The position numbers were made by a program, and so were the translations under genes. From Takakia lepidozioides (lineage: Eukaryota > Plantae > Bryophyta), in contig CM060732.1 of assembly GCA_030704615.1 (NCBI GenBank), positions 81,592,001-81,656,000 on the forward strand: DNA of 64,000 nt. The letters are read 5' to 3'. The notes beneath the pieces were generated by a model, which was not told the DNA's origin, searched no databases, and was given only the letters and a program-made list of their open reading frames with translations. Shown here in pieces: positions 62,600 through 64,000 of the stretch. The stretch's first letter is position 1. Every line of letters begins with the position of its first letter.

Positions 62600-63665
62600 G
62601 CATTCAATAAAAGTTTTTCAACAGAGATGAATATGTGCATAGTCCAATATACAGTCATTCGACATATGCCATCACACCAATATTTGGTTGGATGGATGGA
62701 GGATGAATGTTTTTGGATGGATGAAGCCAGATTGGATGTGACATGTGGATGAATGTTGCATGCATGGATGGTCCCATGGATGATGTCAGTGCGCAATATC
62801 ATGCACAGGGGCGGGATTGCGAGGTTCACTGTTGGGGTTGAGGTGGGTCCCTACGGCTGACAAGGGTTGGGGTTTCTGTTTGGGGTTGCAGGGTAAATAT
62901 GGATGAAGACGTGTTTCTGCGGTAATGGGTCCTCTTCCACGGAAATAGATGCCGCATCTTTCCCAAAATCATGCCACGTGTCCTGGGCTCATGCCAGGCT
63001 CCTGGGCTCACACTCTAGCATCCCCCGGGCGGCGACGTGTCAGGGGATCGGGCCGTCGATGGGAAGAGGGGATCGACGGCGGGGGGAGCAGTAGGATGGC
63101 GGGGGGATGAGGGGCAGATGACACACAACATCCATTGTTTGTGAGGTCGGATGGATGCGCAGGGGATCGACGGTCCGGGGGATCCGCACGTGGCGGGCGA
63201 TTAGGGTTGGGGGATCACTCCCGGTCCGGAAGGGGGATCAAGGCGCGTCGGGGGAGCGGCGACGTCTCGGGGGAGCGCGCGCCGTGGATGGGAGGAGGGG
63301 ATCGACGGCGGCGGGAGCGCCACGTGGCGATGGGTGCGTCATGGGGCCTTCATCGGGCCGTCATCCATTCAATTGAGGTTGGATGGATGGGGAGGGGATC
63401 GACGGTTCGGGGTAGCGCCATGTGGCTGGAGATGGGGGTGGGGGATCAACCCAGTGAGGGGATCCATAGCGGGGGGCCGCCACGTGGCTGGAGATCGGGC
63501 GGTGCTGTGGGGCACCGCGCGGCCAGCAGTGCGGCGGGGGTCAGGGGTCCCGGGCGGGCGGGCGGTGCGGGGGGAAAGGGGGGCGGGGAGCAACGGGCGG
63601 GCGGGGGCGGGGCAACGGGCGGAGGGTCGGAGGGGGGTGGGGATGATTTGACATGGGGCATCCTG
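62600..63665 (+). repeat. Element terminus: GGATG-rich then GC-rich GGGGATCGACGG/CACGTGG repeats, ending GGCATCCTG
   Basis: End motif resembles GGCATCCCTG at 23237 and 26017, and it lies downstream of the same methyltransferase exon. Confidence 0.55.
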
Positions 63666-64000
63666 TTCGCCGACGAGGCTGCCGGAGCGGGGGTTCCCCG
63701 GCTATACCTCGCGGACCGTACCCGTCAGCTCACACGCTTGCAATAAAATCAAGCCACATCCATATTGGGACCCCTACCCAACAATGAGTCCCTTGAACAC
63801 TTTCAATGTTGACCATGTTGAATATATTCCTCATCTCTTCCTCATATAGTATGTCCGCATGCTTGGTCTGCGTAGTCCTGAGGCCTTCATATAGTTTCAT
63901 ATGTCATAATGTGATGTAACATTATTCTATACAGATTTGGAAACATATACAATGCTGCTGCTTTTGATCTGCCATCTCATGTTTTGGCCACGAAAGAAAT

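Noticed and set aside
63135-63746. 203-aa Gly/Arg-rich ORF
   Set aside because: Arises from a GC-rich terminal repeat that is poor in stop codons

Overview
Eukaryotic, intron-containing, transposon-rich DNA, most consistent with a non-seed land plant with abundant organellar RNA editing (taxon is inference). Host genes: three intact PLS-class PPR-DYW editing-factor ORFs arranged forward, reverse, forward (5.5-19.7 kb), each preceded by decaying exons encoding tandem OSB-type PDF ssDNA-binding motifs, and a canonical 6-exon laccase (41.2-44.6 kb, minus). The rest is mostly nested mobile DNA: a Ty3/gypsy element whose pol frame carries a C5-cytosine methyltransferase domain and a PHD finger; a Copia 5' fragment; a LINE fragment; piggyBac-, hAT- and Tc1/mariner-type MITEs; and large cargo blocks with spliced ParB/Srx-like plus beta-class amino-methyltransferase-like genes. 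Two of these cargo blocks each carry their own palindrome (16 bp in one, 24 bp in the other), repeated around the gene and inside its introns, which resembles a ParB/parS or methyltransferase/target pair. All family assignments come from motif recognition by eye; no searches were run.
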